From an uncultured virus (IMG/VR IMGVR_UViG_3300008111_000024) (Duplodnaviria; Heunggongvirae; Uroviricota; Caudoviricetes), in the IMG/VR virus record IMGVR_UViG_3300008111_000024: a stretch of 64,000 nucleotides of DNA; one strand, written 5' to 3'. The notes beneath the pieces are model-generated. The model did no database searches, was not told the origin of the DNA, and saw only the letters and a list, made by a program, of their open reading frames with translations. The translations under genes and the position numbers were made by a program. Below, one piece after another: positions 35,227-45,750 of this stretch. Positions within the stretch are counted from its first letter, which is position 1. Each line of letters begins with the position of its first letter.

Positions 35227-35679
35227 TTAAAACTTATTCACCGCATCTTGTAATGACTTTTTCAGTGCCGCAGAAAATGCAGATTTTTCAAATGGAATGT
35301 TTTCGTCCTGTAATTCAATAAATGTTGATTTAACATCTGTCTTACTTTCTCCAACACCAATATATTCTTTATTACTAATAATTAGTTTAACTGTTACTAT
35401 TGTAACTTTTCTTTTTTTCTCAAAAGGACCTATAGATATGCCAGTTGTAGGCGCCTCAATACTTTCAATAACAACAGAAATAGAATCACCATCTTCACAT
35501 ATTTTATATTTTTCTGAAATTATTTCTTCAGTTATTTGTTTAACCCCTAATGTAAATCTTTTAGGATTAATGTTCTCAATTTTTGCAAGACTTTCAACGT
35601 TTTTTACCGTATAACAATCTTGTCCATAAATTAATGATGTTACTAACATCAACGGAATAAATAATAAATTTTTCATCAT
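35227..35679 (-). CDS. Secreted hypothetical protein resembling the neighbouring CsgG-like protein
   Basis: Signal peptide; GVGES...SAALKKSL parallels GLGES...STKKAL. Confidence 0.7.
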   Translation of the reverse strand: MMKNLLFIPLMLVTSLIYGQDCYTVKNVESLAKIENINPKRFTLGVKQITEEIISEKYKICEDGDSISVVIESIEAPTTGISIGPFEKKRKVTIVTVKLIISNKEYIGVGESKTDVKSTFIELQDENIPFEKSAFSAALKKSLQDAVNKF

Positions 35680-37253
35680 AATAATGCTTTAGCTCCAAGT
35701 AGTACTTGGTAATTTAATGTGGCATCTTTAACTTGTTGTACACCACTAAAACTTAAGTTTAATTTGAACTTTTGACTTATTCTATAATCAAATGCGGTAA
35801 ATGGAACTGCCAATAATCCTGATTTATACCAAATACCCTCATAGTAATAAACGAAAGGAGAATACACCATAACAAACATAGTTGTGTTATTTATTTTTGG
35901 AGTTACTTTAAAAGTACCAATAAATCCTCCTAATGCCGATAAACTTTGGAATTTTGACCTACCTAAATTACCTGTAGTATAATTCACTCCTAATGTTGCA
36001 GTATATTTTTTATATTTGTAAGACTCCATTATTGAAGTTGTATTGAAAAAATCTTTATCGAAATTTAACATAGATGAATTGGCAATTATTGATGTTAGAT
36101 TCTTTTTTCTATATCCTGCAAAGAAAGTAATATTTGAGTTATTAATAGAACTTGTAAAATTCAATAACGCTCCTTTAACGAAAGTATTATTGGTGTTTGA
36201 TTTAGTTAAACTCATATTAATTCTTAATTGTTGTGGGTCATCCCCTGAAGCACTGTTAATTACTACAATATCTCCTGTTAATAATATCCCACCTTGTTTT
36301 GCATTAGCAACTTTAGATTTAACCTGACTTGAATTAGTTGCGGATGTTTTATTCATCTCACCTAATTTATCCTCATTTGATTTCTGACTTTCATTATTAC
36401 CGTTATTGGGAACACTTCCTTGACCTCCATTTGTGCTAGATTGAGTTGAATTTCCATTTCCTTGACTTGGTGGGTTAGTTACAGGTGGCTGAGTCGTTTG
36501 ACCTCCTCCTTGAGTTGGGTTACTTGTATTTGTAGTGTTTCCTCCTGTCGTAGGTGTTGTTGTTCCTTGACTTGAATTACTTCCTCCAGAGTTTTGGTTA
36601 TTTCCATTACTTGTTTGTGATTGCGAGTTCGTTTGATTTCCTCCAGAAGTAGTTGTACTTCCTCCATTGTTATTTGTGGTACCATTACTTTGTGTTTGAT
36701 TGTTAATGGTCGATGTCCCTGAATTTGGGTTAGTTTGACCGTTAGTCGCATTTGTCGGTTGTCCTTGTGTATTATTATTTCCCGACTGTGAACCACCAAG
36801 GACATTTTGCCCTTGATTAGATTTCTTTTTATTATCTTCAGAATTTGATTTTTCTTTGGCTTCAATAATACCACCAATATTAGAACCTCCCATAGATGAA
36901 ATATCATTTAAGGCGGATAATACGTTTGTTAAAACCGCAATATTATTTTGAGCAACAATTGCGTTTATTGTCGTATTTTGATACAATCCAACACCACTAC
37001 AAGGACCTCCTGGGTTTGAGGAATTAACTTGGTTAATCCATTGTTCTAAATCACCTGATAAAAGTTGTGATTGAGTAAAACTTTGTATTTGTCCGTTATA
37101 TATTAAGGCAACATTTCCACTAGGATTATTAATGAAAATTTCTTTAGTTTTAAAGGTACAGGGGTCCGTAAAAGTATACGAAAACCCCTGACCAAAAACT
37201 ATTATGGTTGAAAATAAAAATAATAATGTAAATAAAATTTTTTTAAAATTCAT
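35676..37253 (-). CDS. Secreted protein with N/Q/S/T/G-rich linker and C-terminal beta-barrel-like domain
   Basis: Signal peptide; low-complexity middle; terminal YQVLLGAKALL. Confidence 0.75.
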   Translation of the reverse strand: MNFKKILFTLLFLFSTIIVFGQGFSYTFTDPCTFKTKEIFINNPSGNVALIYNGQIQSFTQSQLLSGDLEQWINQVNSSNPGGPCSGVGLYQNTTINAIVAQNNIAVLTNVLSALNDISSMGGSNIGGIIEAKEKSNSEDNKKKSNQGQNVLGGSQSGNNNTQGQPTNATNGQTNPNSGTSTINNQTQSNGTTNNNGGSTTTSGGNQTNSQSQTSNGNNQNSGGSNSSQGTTTPTTGGNTTNTSNPTQGGGQTTQPPVTNPPSQGNGNSTQSSTNGGQGSVPNNGNNESQKSNEDKLGEMNKTSATNSSQVKSKVANAKQGGILLTGDIVVINSASGDDPQQLRINMSLTKSNTNNTFVKGALLNFTSSINNSNITFFAGYRKKNLTSIIANSSMLNFDKDFFNTTSIMESYKYKKYTATLGVNYTTGNLGRSKFQSLSALGGFIGTFKVTPKINNTTMFVMVYSPFVYYYEGIWYKSGLLAVPFTAFDYRISQKFKLNLSFSGVQQVKDATLNYQVLLGAKALL

Positions 37254-37255
37254 TA

Positions 37256-37615
37256 TTAAAGACCACCATTAACATCCATAGTATTAGATAAAGAAGTTCC
37301 ATCTTCCTCATCAACTTTTTGGATTAACATTTTATCTCTATCTTCAGAATTAAACCAGTAGTCAACAACTTTATTTAAGTTACCTACGAAAGCGCCTAAT
37401 AAAATTAATAACATTTCTTTCCAAGATTCTTGGATTGTAATTCCAAAAAATACTGCGGAGTTTATACCTAAAATAATGAAGAAGAATAATCCTAAAACGA
37501 TTGCAGTGATTCTCCATCTATTCGCTTGCATTTGTTGTAACATATAGTAGAACCTGTTTTTATCTTCTACTTTTACATACTCATTACCGCCTGATAACAT
37601 TTTTTTAATTCCCAT
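37256..37615 (-). CDS. Two-TM membrane protein (holin-like)
   Basis: LLILLGAFVGNLNKVVDYWF. Confidence 0.72.
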   Translation of the reverse strand: MGIKKMLSGGNEYVKVEDKNRFYYMLQQMQANRWRITAIVLGLFFFIILGINSAVFFGITIQESWKEMLLILLGAFVGNLNKVVDYWFNSEDRDKMLIQKVDEEDGTSLSNTMDVNGGL

Positions 37616-37621
37616 TTTTTT

Positions 37622-38338
37622 TTAAGATTTAAAGACACCCTTTTTTATTAATTTTGACACGACTCTTGACGATGCCGTTTCAAGAGCTTTTTTTGTCGAA
37701 ATACCTATTGTTGATTGATTAAATTTGATTTCATCAACACCATCTAATAATGAAGATGTTTTAACCGTTGAAGACTCACCTAATCCACTACCTGTAATTA
37801 CTTCACCTGTTTCTGCATCAACAAATCTAACTTGTAATCCTAATCTTGTTGTTTGAGTCGCCTTTGCTCCATCAGTTAATTTAATCACCTCATCTTCCGA
37901 TACTGAAAAGTCGTACACTTCTATATAAACAAAGTATTTTGCTAAAATAACGTTACCTTTAACGTCTATCTTATTTTTTGATATACCCTTATCAGACGCC
38001 TTGTCTTGTGCAATCATTCTTTGTTTAATTTCTTCTTTTTCTTCAGTAAACATAAACCTATCGGTCATCTCAAGGTATTCCAAAACAATATTTGCAACCC
38101 CTAAACCAACTCGTTTATCTTTAAGTTCGGGATACATTTCATAAACAGTTTCATTAATCCCGATTTGTAATACTTGTATTGGTATTACAATAGTATCTGT
38201 ATAATCTGAAACAACTGTCATTGATTGTTTCTTTTCAAACTCAGCCTTGTATTCTTCGGTTTTAACAGTACCAATTTGACCATTAACTTTACAAGAGAAA
38301 AGTAATATTGTGATTAAAAAATAAAGTACCTTTTTCAT
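37622..38338 (-). CDS. CsgG/HfaB-family lipoprotein
   Basis: LFSC lipobox; LEMTDRF; LQVRFVDAETGEVI. Confidence 0.72.
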   Translation of the reverse strand: MKKVLYFLITILLFSCKVNGQIGTVKTEEYKAEFEKKQSMTVVSDYTDTIVIPIQVLQIGINETVYEMYPELKDKRVGLGVANIVLEYLEMTDRFMFTEEKEEIKQRMIAQDKASDKGISKNKIDVKGNVILAKYFVYIEVYDFSVSEDEVIKLTDGAKATQTTRLGLQVRFVDAETGEVITGSGLGESSTVKTSSLLDGVDEIKFNQSTIGISTKKALETASSRVVSKLIKKGVFKS

Positions 38339-38670
38339 TACCAAGACTCCTCTTCTTTTTTCACAGGTTTTGATTCTGCAGGTTGTTGTTGTACAGGTTT
38401 TTCAATAACTCTTTCTTTTATTATTGTGTTAGTACCACCATTTTCAACTTTTTGTTTATTTTCTTGGTTTTGTTGTACATTTACAATAACAGGAGCAGGA
38501 GCAGCTTGTTCTGTTTTAGTTTCTTCTTTTTCTTCTGAATGACCTCCGAATAACATTGTGGATAACCATACTCCTCCACCTGCAATTACGGTTGTTAATG
38601 TTGCGATAATAGTCTTTTTTAATCCTGACCAAGTACCGTCGTTTGTTTCGTTTGTTGTTTCCTCTGACAT
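38338..38670 (-). CDS. Single-pass membrane protein
   Basis: TM segment IIATLTTVIAGGGVWL; Q/P-rich tail. Confidence 0.75.
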   Translation of the reverse strand: MSEETTNETNDGTWSGLKKTIIATLTTVIAGGGVWLSTMLFGGHSEEKEETKTEQAAPAPVIVNVQQNQENKQKVENGGTNTIIKERVIEKPVQQQPAESKPVKKEEESW

Positions 38671-38736
38671 AATATTTGTTTTTGTTTTTTTAGTTTATTG
38701 TAAAGGCTAAGAGGTCACATATTGTGACCTCAATTA

Positions 38737-40638
38737 TTATTTAAGAATTATTTTACTTGTTAGTAATATGTCACTTCTTTTAAGAACTGCAACGTATACA
38801 CCTGCAGGTAAATAACCAAGATTAGTACTGTACTGATAGTTACCCTCAGGCATCTTATCATTTACAATTACTTTATATTCACTTCCATTGATTCCATATA
38901 CAGACAATCTAACAGGTCCATATTCTTTAACTTCAAATTTAATTGTGGTAAAATCTTCAGTAGGATTTGGGAAAACAATCATACCATTTACGTCGGTTAA
39001 TTGTCCATTTACCATTTTGTAAACTTGTACTACTCCGTTTGTTGGAGTTATTTCTAAATCTTTACAAAAATTGTCACCTGCAAATTTGTTAGTTGTCCAA
39101 AGAGGACTTTCGTCCCAAGTACTCTGTGGTTGTTTTGCAATGAATTTTAAAGTAATAACCTCATCATTATTTCTTAATGGTTTTAAATGTTTACTAACAT
39201 CATAACCACCCCAATCAATTTGATTGTCATTAGTGTTTAAGTAAGTTAACCAACTTGATGATGAAGATTTAGATTCAATCCCTTTGAATTCTAATAATGT
39301 GTCATTATATTTTAATCCAAATTGTAAAGAACCTAATTCATTATTATTTGTTAATACTTTAACAGGTATGTTAACCAAATTACCTTCTTGCACTGATAAT
39401 CTAGGTACATTAACTTCAATAGATGTTGTTGGGAAATCATACTCAACTCTATTATCAATAACGTTATATATTTGTGATTCAACACCAGGTTGAGGGTTAA
39501 TTAAAACTTCAATTGGTGTAACACGAGCCATATGATAACCTGTACCGTTAGCGTCGCCAGGAACTAACACGTAGAATGTAGGTGAAGGTGCTCCTGCAAT
39601 AATATTAAATGTAAAGTTTGTAGTACCAGGAATTGATGATAAGTAATTCGTTGATGAACTATTAATTGTTGTGTATTCTGTAGAGGTAAAGAATTTAACG
39701 TCTTTAACACTGTTTGGCCAAACTGAGAATCTTCCTGAGATTCTACCAAATATACCATAAGCGTCAGATATAGTTATATTATTATCACCGTTAACATCCG
39801 CCGCGTAGTAATCAAATCCTGTTGGGGTTTGAGTACCCAACACATAATCATTAACTTTCTGAGCATCTGCCGTAGAGATAACGTTACCTACTGACATAGT
39901 ATCTCCAACAATTTTAATACGAACATCATAACCTGTAGTATCAACCGCAATATCGTTAAAAGCAAAGATACCTGAGTTATTAGTCGATGTACTTGTCACT
40001 GATGTCCAAGACCCACTAGGTCTAAGTTTTTTCTCAAGACCAACTGTTAAGTTTTTAGCACCTGTACCTGTAACATTTGTAAATGTACCTGTAAAAGAAA
40101 ATGTCTGAGGTAACATAACCCCACCAAAGTTTTGGAGTGTTAATGTATTATCCGTACCATCTTGTTTAGTAGATAATGCTGGAAATGTTACAACAGTTCC
40201 AAAAGACATATTTGCAACTGAAGTTAATGACGCAAATCCCGAAACGTGATTTAATTTCAAATTAATTATTGGTCCGTTTGGAATTTCAAATGTTGCTAAT
40301 GACCCTGTGTATGTAAGAGTTATTGTAACATATCCACCTGACGGATTATCAACATAATTAAGATATTGTGAAAAAGATGTATTCAAGGATGTGACTGTGT
40401 CAACACCTGAGAAAGCATTATTATCATAATAAACTCTATACTGAAACGCAGTTATGTCTGTAGTTGTGTTATTGTAAAAACACATACCTACATTAGTAAA
40501 TCCAGCAGCTACAGTACCTAGTTGATAATTGGTGTCGAGAGTGACGTATACTCCTGATGACGTGGGAGTAGGGCACGTTTGAGAGAATCCGACTGAACTT
40601 GTTAGCAATAACAAGGCAGCCACTAAGAGTTTTTTCAT
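38737..40638 (-). CDS. Secreted cohesin/dockerin protein with T9SS type A C-terminal sorting domain
   Basis: Signal peptide; cohesin-like AFQYRVYYD and SLQFGLKYND; DVNGDNNITISD; VFPNPT...LPAGVY...KIILK. Confidence 0.8.
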   Translation of the reverse strand: MKKLLVAALLLLTSSVGFSQTCPTPTSSGVYVTLDTNYQLGTVAAGFTNVGMCFYNNTTTDITAFQYRVYYDNNAFSGVDTVTSLNTSFSQYLNYVDNPSGGYVTITLTYTGSLATFEIPNGPIINLKLNHVSGFASLTSVANMSFGTVVTFPALSTKQDGTDNTLTLQNFGGVMLPQTFSFTGTFTNVTGTGAKNLTVGLEKKLRPSGSWTSVTSTSTNNSGIFAFNDIAVDTTGYDVRIKIVGDTMSVGNVISTADAQKVNDYVLGTQTPTGFDYYAADVNGDNNITISDAYGIFGRISGRFSVWPNSVKDVKFFTSTEYTTINSSSTNYLSSIPGTTNFTFNIIAGAPSPTFYVLVPGDANGTGYHMARVTPIEVLINPQPGVESQIYNVIDNRVEYDFPTTSIEVNVPRLSVQEGNLVNIPVKVLTNNNELGSLQFGLKYNDTLLEFKGIESKSSSSSWLTYLNTNDNQIDWGGYDVSKHLKPLRNNDEVITLKFIAKQPQSTWDESPLWTTNKFAGDNFCKDLEITPTNGVVQVYKMVNGQLTDVNGMIVFPNPTEDFTTIKFEVKEYGPVRLSVYGINGSEYKVIVNDKMPEGNYQYSTNLGYLPAGVYVAVLKRSDILLTSKIILK

Positions 40639-40768
40639 AGTTGTTTAATATCTTGGTAATTTATTATTCTATAAATATTATAATATCCAATTAATGTACC
40701 TTAGGTATAATAATTCTTAATAAGATATTTATAGGTAACTTAATAAGTTTGTCGAAATAATTATTACT

Positions 40769-41866
40769 ATGAATAGATTGTTAAACGAGATTTATAAAAT
40801 AAATAAAATAATATCGGGTAATCCGATTAATGAGGGCTCGTCTCAAGATTATATTAAAAGAATTAAAGACATATTATCATTTAACGGTATGTTAACACCT
40901 AGTGTAGAACAAAATTTAAATTCAATTATTAAAATTGCCGATGAAAGAATTATTGATTTTGATTTATTAGATAGAGGTCTTAAAAAAGTTTTATTAAAAA
41001 AAGGTAACAAGAAAAAAAGTGTTGAGAATTACTTTGACAAAGTTTTAAAATCTTTAAAAAGTAGAGAAGCGGACGATTACAGTGTTGAACCAGAATCTGA
41101 CGATTATTCTTTTGAACCTCAAGAACCATCGATAGTACCTAAGAAAGTTTATCGTAAAGAACTTTTTGGATTACAAGTAGAATTACTAAAATTACAAGAA
41201 TGGTTAAATAAAAATAATAAAACGGTTATTATTGTTTTTGAAGGTAGAGATAGTGCTGGTAAAGGGTCAACAATCAAAAAGTTTATTGAGAATATGAATC
41301 CAAGAGGTTATAAGGTAATCGCTATGGGTGTTCCAACACCTGAGGAAAGAAAAAATTGGTGGCAAAGATATGAATCACAAATAGAGAAAGGAAAAATTAA
41401 TCTATTTGATAGAAGTTGGTATAATAGGGGTCTTGTTGAACCTGTTATGGGATATGGAAGTGACCAAGAATATCAAGAATTTATGGATGGTGTTGAAGAT
41501 TTTGAAAATTCTTTAGTTAAAGATGGTGATTTTTTATTTAAACTTTGGTTTTCAATTGATAAAGAAACTCAAGCTAAGAGATTTGATATGAGACAAAAGT
41601 CTCCTTTGAAATATTGGAAGTACTCCCCTAACGATGCAAGAATGCAGGATTTGTGGGATAGATTTACAGAATTTAAAGAAAAATTATTTGATAAAACATC
41701 AACGGTAAATCACCCTTGGATTATTTTGGATGCGATAGATAAAAAAATATCGGGTTTGAATGCGATTAGATATATTTTACAAAATATACCATACGAAGGT
41801 AAAAATGAAAATTTACTGAATAAAGAATACCCTGAAGCTCTTACGGTATTAAAACCTGAAAATTAA
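40769..41866 (+). CDS. ppk2: Polyphosphate kinase 2 with ~125-aa N-terminal extension
   Basis: VFEGRDSAGKGSTIK, FDRSWYNR, PLKYWKYSPND. Confidence 0.93.
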   Translation: MNRLLNEIYKINKIISGNPINEGSSQDYIKRIKDILSFNGMLTPSVEQNLNSIIKIADERIIDFDLLDRGLKKVLLKKGNKKKSVENYFDKVLKSLKSREADDYSVEPESDDYSFEPQEPSIVPKKVYRKELFGLQVELLKLQEWLNKNNKTVIIVFEGRDSAGKGSTIKKFIENMNPRGYKVIAMGVPTPEERKNWWQRYESQIEKGKINLFDRSWYNRGLVEPVMGYGSDQEYQEFMDGVEDFENSLVKDGDFLFKLWFSIDKETQAKRFDMRQKSPLKYWKYSPNDARMQDLWDRFTEFKEKLFDKTSTVNHPWIILDAIDKKISGLNAIRYILQNIPYEGKNENLLNKEYPEALTVLKPEN

Positions 41867-42591
41867 ACCATTCCTGTTTTTTGGTAATAATCTTTTAAAT
41901 TACCAACAGTTAAAGGAGTTTTTCTGTCTCTACCCAACACCCTATTAAACCCAGGGTTTGAATTTGCAACTGTTTCTGCAGATAAATCATTACTTTGTAA
42001 AACAAAATTATCAGGTTTTCCTGCAGCAATAGGGAAAAAATTATAAATATATAAATCTTCTGCAGATTTAATCTTACCTGAGTTATACCCTGTAAGCCAA
42101 AACTGTTTAATAGCGTCCATTTGGGCTTCTAAATCATATCTTAGGTCTTCTAAAGAGTATGATTTACCGTTAATTTTTTTTGTACCACCAGAACTAGGAC
42201 AGAATTGAATTAACCCTACACAACCAATACTATTTTTTATTGATGGGTCCAATCCTGATTCGTGATTCATTAATTTAATTATTGAGGTTTCGTCAATATT
42301 AATGGCTTCAGATATTTCTTTTAATTTAGTTTTAAAAACTTCATTGTTTAATAATTCCTGACCTTTTTCACTTATTTTAAGCGAGTTTGATGAATTTGTT
42401 CCACCAATTCCAGGTATTAAATCTTTAAAATAATTTACTAATTTTTGATAAATGTCATTATTCTTCATATCGTCTGAAGCCATTGACATTAGTTGTTTAA
42501 TATCATCAAATAACCCCTCATTAATTACAGATTCATTAATGTTGGATAATTTTTTTATTCTAACTATTTCCTCGTTTAATTTATTATTCAT
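41863..42591 (-). CDS. Lytic transglycosylase / lysozyme-like protein (start revised to MNNKLNEE)
   Basis: LMNHESG.DP...N...VGLIQF. Confidence 0.8.
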   Translation of the reverse strand: MNNKLNEEIVRIKKLSNINESVINEGLFDDIKQLMSMASDDMKNNDIYQKLVNYFKDLIPGIGGTNSSNSLKISEKGQELLNNEVFKTKLKEISEAINIDETSIIKLMNHESGLDPSIKNSIGCVGLIQFCPSSGGTKKINGKSYSLEDLRYDLEAQMDAIKQFWLTGYNSGKIKSAEDLYIYNFFPIAAGKPDNFVLQSNDLSAETVANSNPGFNRVLGRDRKTPLTVGNLKDYYQKTGMV

Positions 42592-42805
42592 CCTCTTTTT
42601 TAGAATAAATATCTTCCGAGTTTGAATTATCAAACATCTTAACAATGTAAAAATCTAAAAATAGGGCGTAGATATACCATTGCAAATGGTCTAAACTATA
42701 GTCAGGGTTGACGTGATTAAAATATAAACCTTGTCCTACTTTAAAAATTAGGTATAGTCTACCAAAGATTGTTAAAAGGATTATTATGCTTTTAAATAAT
42801 TTCAT
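42584..42805 (-). CDS. Small membrane protein
   Basis: Two hydrophobic segments. Confidence 0.65.
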   Translation of the reverse strand: MKLFKSIIILLTIFGRLYLIFKVGQGLYFNHVNPDYSLDHLQWYIYALFLDFYIVKMFDNSNSEDIYSKKEDE

Positions 42806-43203
42806 TATAATTTAATTTCAAATCTATTACGCATTATTTCTAATTTATCTTCAGGCACTCCGTGTTGATTTTCACCACCGTGTCTATTTTCAACAACAAC
42901 GGTAAAAACAGTATACCCCCATTCTTTGGCCATTTCAAAATATGGTTCCATTTCCCACTCTTGTGTAAATGTATTAGATACAACAATCTTTTCATTAATA
43001 CCTGTAGTATAATTTAACAACATCGCATTACTTACTTCGGATTGACACCAATTATGAGCTTCCTTTATCTTAGTAAAGTCAAATTTATATTCACCATCAA
43101 TCATAAAATAGTTATCAGTCTCAAAGTGAGTACCTCCTAAAGTTTTTGCAAATGTTGATTTTCCCGAACCAGGAACTCCTCGAACTATATAAAGTGTTTT
43201 CAT
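42805..43203 (-). CDS. P-loop kinase (AAA_33 / polynucleotide-kinase-like)
   Basis: VRGVPGSGKST; IVVSNT; HGVP; TACATTTG-N4-ATG. Confidence 0.88.
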   Translation of the reverse strand: MKTLYIVRGVPGSGKSTFAKTLGGTHFETDNYFMIDGEYKFDFTKIKEAHNWCQSEVSNAMLLNYTTGINEKIVVSNTFTQEWEMEPYFEMAKEWGYTVFTVVVENRHGGENQHGVPEDKLEIMRNRFEIKL

Positions 43204-43241
43204 ATTGCAAATGTAGTGATATTTATATAAAAAAACAAATT

Positions 43242-43607
43242 ATGGACTTAAAAACTTTAATAAAACAAGTTTTACACGAAGAGTTTAAAACAAATACATT
43301 CATATACGAAGATGAATTTGGTTCAGTAGAACAAACAACTATTACCGAAGCTGAATATCAAGGAAGAAAAGTTCAGTTAAATAAAATTATGCAAGGTGAT
43401 GTTAAGAAATTTAAAGTTTATACTAAAAACGACAAAGGTAAAGTTGTTAAAGTTAACTTTGGATTTGGTGGTAAATCTGCAAAAGGTAAAAGAATGGTTA
43501 TTAAGAAAAATAACCCTGAAAGAAGAAAGAGTTTTAGAGCAAGAATGAGATGTGACAATCCAGGTCCTAAATGGAAGCCACGTTATTGGGCTTGTAGAAC
43601 TTGGTAA
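43242..43607 (+). CDS. Basic phage protein (start revised to MDLKTL)
   Basis: KVNFG...NPERRKSFRARMRC...RYWACRTW. Confidence 0.8.
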   Translation: MDLKTLIKQVLHEEFKTNTFIYEDEFGSVEQTTITEAEYQGRKVQLNKIMQGDVKKFKVYTKNDKGKVVKVNFGFGGKSAKGKRMVIKKNNPERRKSFRARMRCDNPGPKWKPRYWACRTW

Positions 43608-43642
43608 AAATATAAAAACCCCCTTAATTGGGGGTTTTTTAT

Positions 43643-44707
43643 TTAACCTGCTTGATTTGGTCCTTCATCAGGATACATTTGAATTAACCTTGCAGCTCTA
43701 GGTTGATATTCTTCCGTTATCATTTCCGTTTGAGGCATCATCATTTCCATTTGAGGTTCTTCTTCAGTCATATCCATAGTTTCGGTAAGTCTTTCCAACA
43801 CATCTCCAATATTTCTAAGTGGTCGTGCCATATTTTCTCCGATGGCTCTTGGTGCCTCCACTTCATCTGAACGTGATTTCTTCATACCATAATATTCATT
43901 CTCCAACCACAATAATTGTCTGTTTCTTTCATCATCAGTTAGACTATCCCAGTTACTAACTTTAGTATTATGAAATTGGTCTCTAAAGATGTCCATAATG
44001 TGATTAGGTAGACCTGTCTCCAAAGAATCAATTCTTTGGTCGGTAATATTCCAAAAAGATGTTTCTCTTTCATATGAGGTATCAATATTCTTGAATCCTG
44101 CAACTTTGTCACCTGTTTTTTTGTTTATGGCATAAATTAAGATACCTCTTTTTACGTATCTGTAATAATAATCAGGCTCTTTATCAGATGCGGTACACCA
44201 CTTAGTTGATGCCCCATATTTTTTGGATGATAAATATGATAATGGTTTTAACACTAGCCATTGTTCATCTTCAAACAATTTCTCAATTTGTTTTTCCATT
44301 TCTTTGTCAACCATTTTTAGGTCGGCTAAAGACATTTGTAATTCTAATTCTTGAAATGTTTTATAAGAAGTTAAATCCGAATTTTCAATTAACTTTCTTT
44401 CGTTCATCTCAATAAATTTAATCATAGTTCCAAAGTTTTGGCACCCAACAAAATCACTGATAATTCTATAAGAATTTTGTAATTCAAAATATGACATACT
44501 ATCAACTTTAGATTCAGGAATATTATATTCTCGAACTAATTCGTTACGAATGTCTCTATGATGTGACTCTTGAGATTCAAATTTATTTTTAATTAGGTTA
44601 ACCAACATCTCAGTGTATTTTGGTTTACTAACGAAATTATTAATGATGTCAATCAAGTTAACACCAAATAAAGGGTTTTGTTTTTTTAGTTCATCAATCC
44701 TAGACAT
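43643..44707 (-). CDS. Hypothetical protein with YG..TKWC domain
   Basis: PLSYLSSKKYGASTKWCTAS; related motif in 53150-54946. Confidence 0.8.
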   Translation of the reverse strand: MSRIDELKKQNPLFGVNLIDIINNFVSKPKYTEMLVNLIKNKFESQESHHRDIRNELVREYNIPESKVDSMSYFELQNSYRIISDFVGCQNFGTMIKFIEMNERKLIENSDLTSYKTFQELELQMSLADLKMVDKEMEKQIEKLFEDEQWLVLKPLSYLSSKKYGASTKWCTASDKEPDYYYRYVKRGILIYAINKKTGDKVAGFKNIDTSYERETSFWNITDQRIDSLETGLPNHIMDIFRDQFHNTKVSNWDSLTDDERNRQLLWLENEYYGMKKSRSDEVEAPRAIGENMARPLRNIGDVLERLTETMDMTEEEPQMEMMMPQTEMITEEYQPRAARLIQMYPDEGPNQAG

Positions 44708-44724
44708 ACTCAATTTATTATTTA

Positions 44725-45750
44725 TTATTTATTAAAACGTTTAAGGGCGTTTTCTGTTATGAAAACAAATTCAGAATCTTTAAATGATTTTAAATTTAAA
44801 GAATTTGTATATGACATTGATGATTTTAAATAATCTTTAAAATTATCAGTCCACTGTTTTAAAGTATACTCAACTTTATTTGTTTTGACAATACCTTCAG
44901 ACGTTTTTAACGTGTTTTTATTCCATTTTTTTTGAACATCTTTAGTACTCATACCTCTAAAGGATTTGTACAAAAATTTTCTTAATTTAGGGTGAAAATA
45001 CCATAGATAATTTGATATTTTTTTAGATAATTTAATCTTATTAAATAATTTGACATCTGAACAAGATTCTAAACATTTATTTAATATCCCCCCTAACATA
45101 ACATAATCAGCTCCTAACATTAACGCTTTGATAATATCATCATAATTCCTAAAACCTCCATCAGCAACTATCTTAGTATCATACCCATTGTCTTTCTTAT
45201 ATTGATAACACTCATTTATCAATGACGCCATAGGATAGTGAACTCCTGTGTTAGCGGAAGTTAAACAACCTGAACCACCACCAATTCCAACTCTAACGTA
45301 GTCTACACCTATTTTCGCAAACTCTTTATAAGTTTTAGGATTTGCAATATTACCAACCATTAGAGTATGTAGTTTTTTATCTCGGTTATCTATAAATTTT
45401 TTACACAAATCGTGTAATTTTTTCATATGACCATTGGCAATATCAACCAAAATTTTAAATTTCATATTACGACCTGGTTGTATATAAAAATTTGTAATGG
45501 TTTCAAATTCCTCTAACGATACTGAATAAAACACATCCTCAACCATATCTTCCCCTCTTGGTAAACAAACAGGAATTCCTAAATCAATAAATTGTTTATA
45601 ATTTTCAATGTTAACTACGGTGTCCATAGGTGAGACCATAATTGGTAATTCCCCATTCTTATGATGAATATTAACCTCACTTCGACTACTAATCGTAGAG
45701 ACTGTTTCAGGAACAATTGTAATATCTTTAAAATCAAATTTTCTTTTCAT
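44725..45750 (-). CDS. IMPDH / GMP reductase family protein
   Basis: SPMDTV, VDIANGH, RVGIGGGSGCLT, IVADGG, GADYVMLG. Confidence 0.9.
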   Translation of the reverse strand: MKRKFDFKDITIVPETVSTISSRSEVNIHHKNGELPIMVSPMDTVVNIENYKQFIDLGIPVCLPRGEDMVEDVFYSVSLEEFETITNFYIQPGRNMKFKILVDIANGHMKKLHDLCKKFIDNRDKKLHTLMVGNIANPKTYKEFAKIGVDYVRVGIGGGSGCLTSANTGVHYPMASLINECYQYKKDNGYDTKIVADGGFRNYDDIIKALMLGADYVMLGGILNKCLESCSDVKLFNKIKLSKKISNYLWYFHPKLRKFLYKSFRGMSTKDVQKKWNKNTLKTSEGIVKTNKVEYTLKQWTDNFKDYLKSSMSYTNSLNLKSFKDSEFVFITENALKRFNK

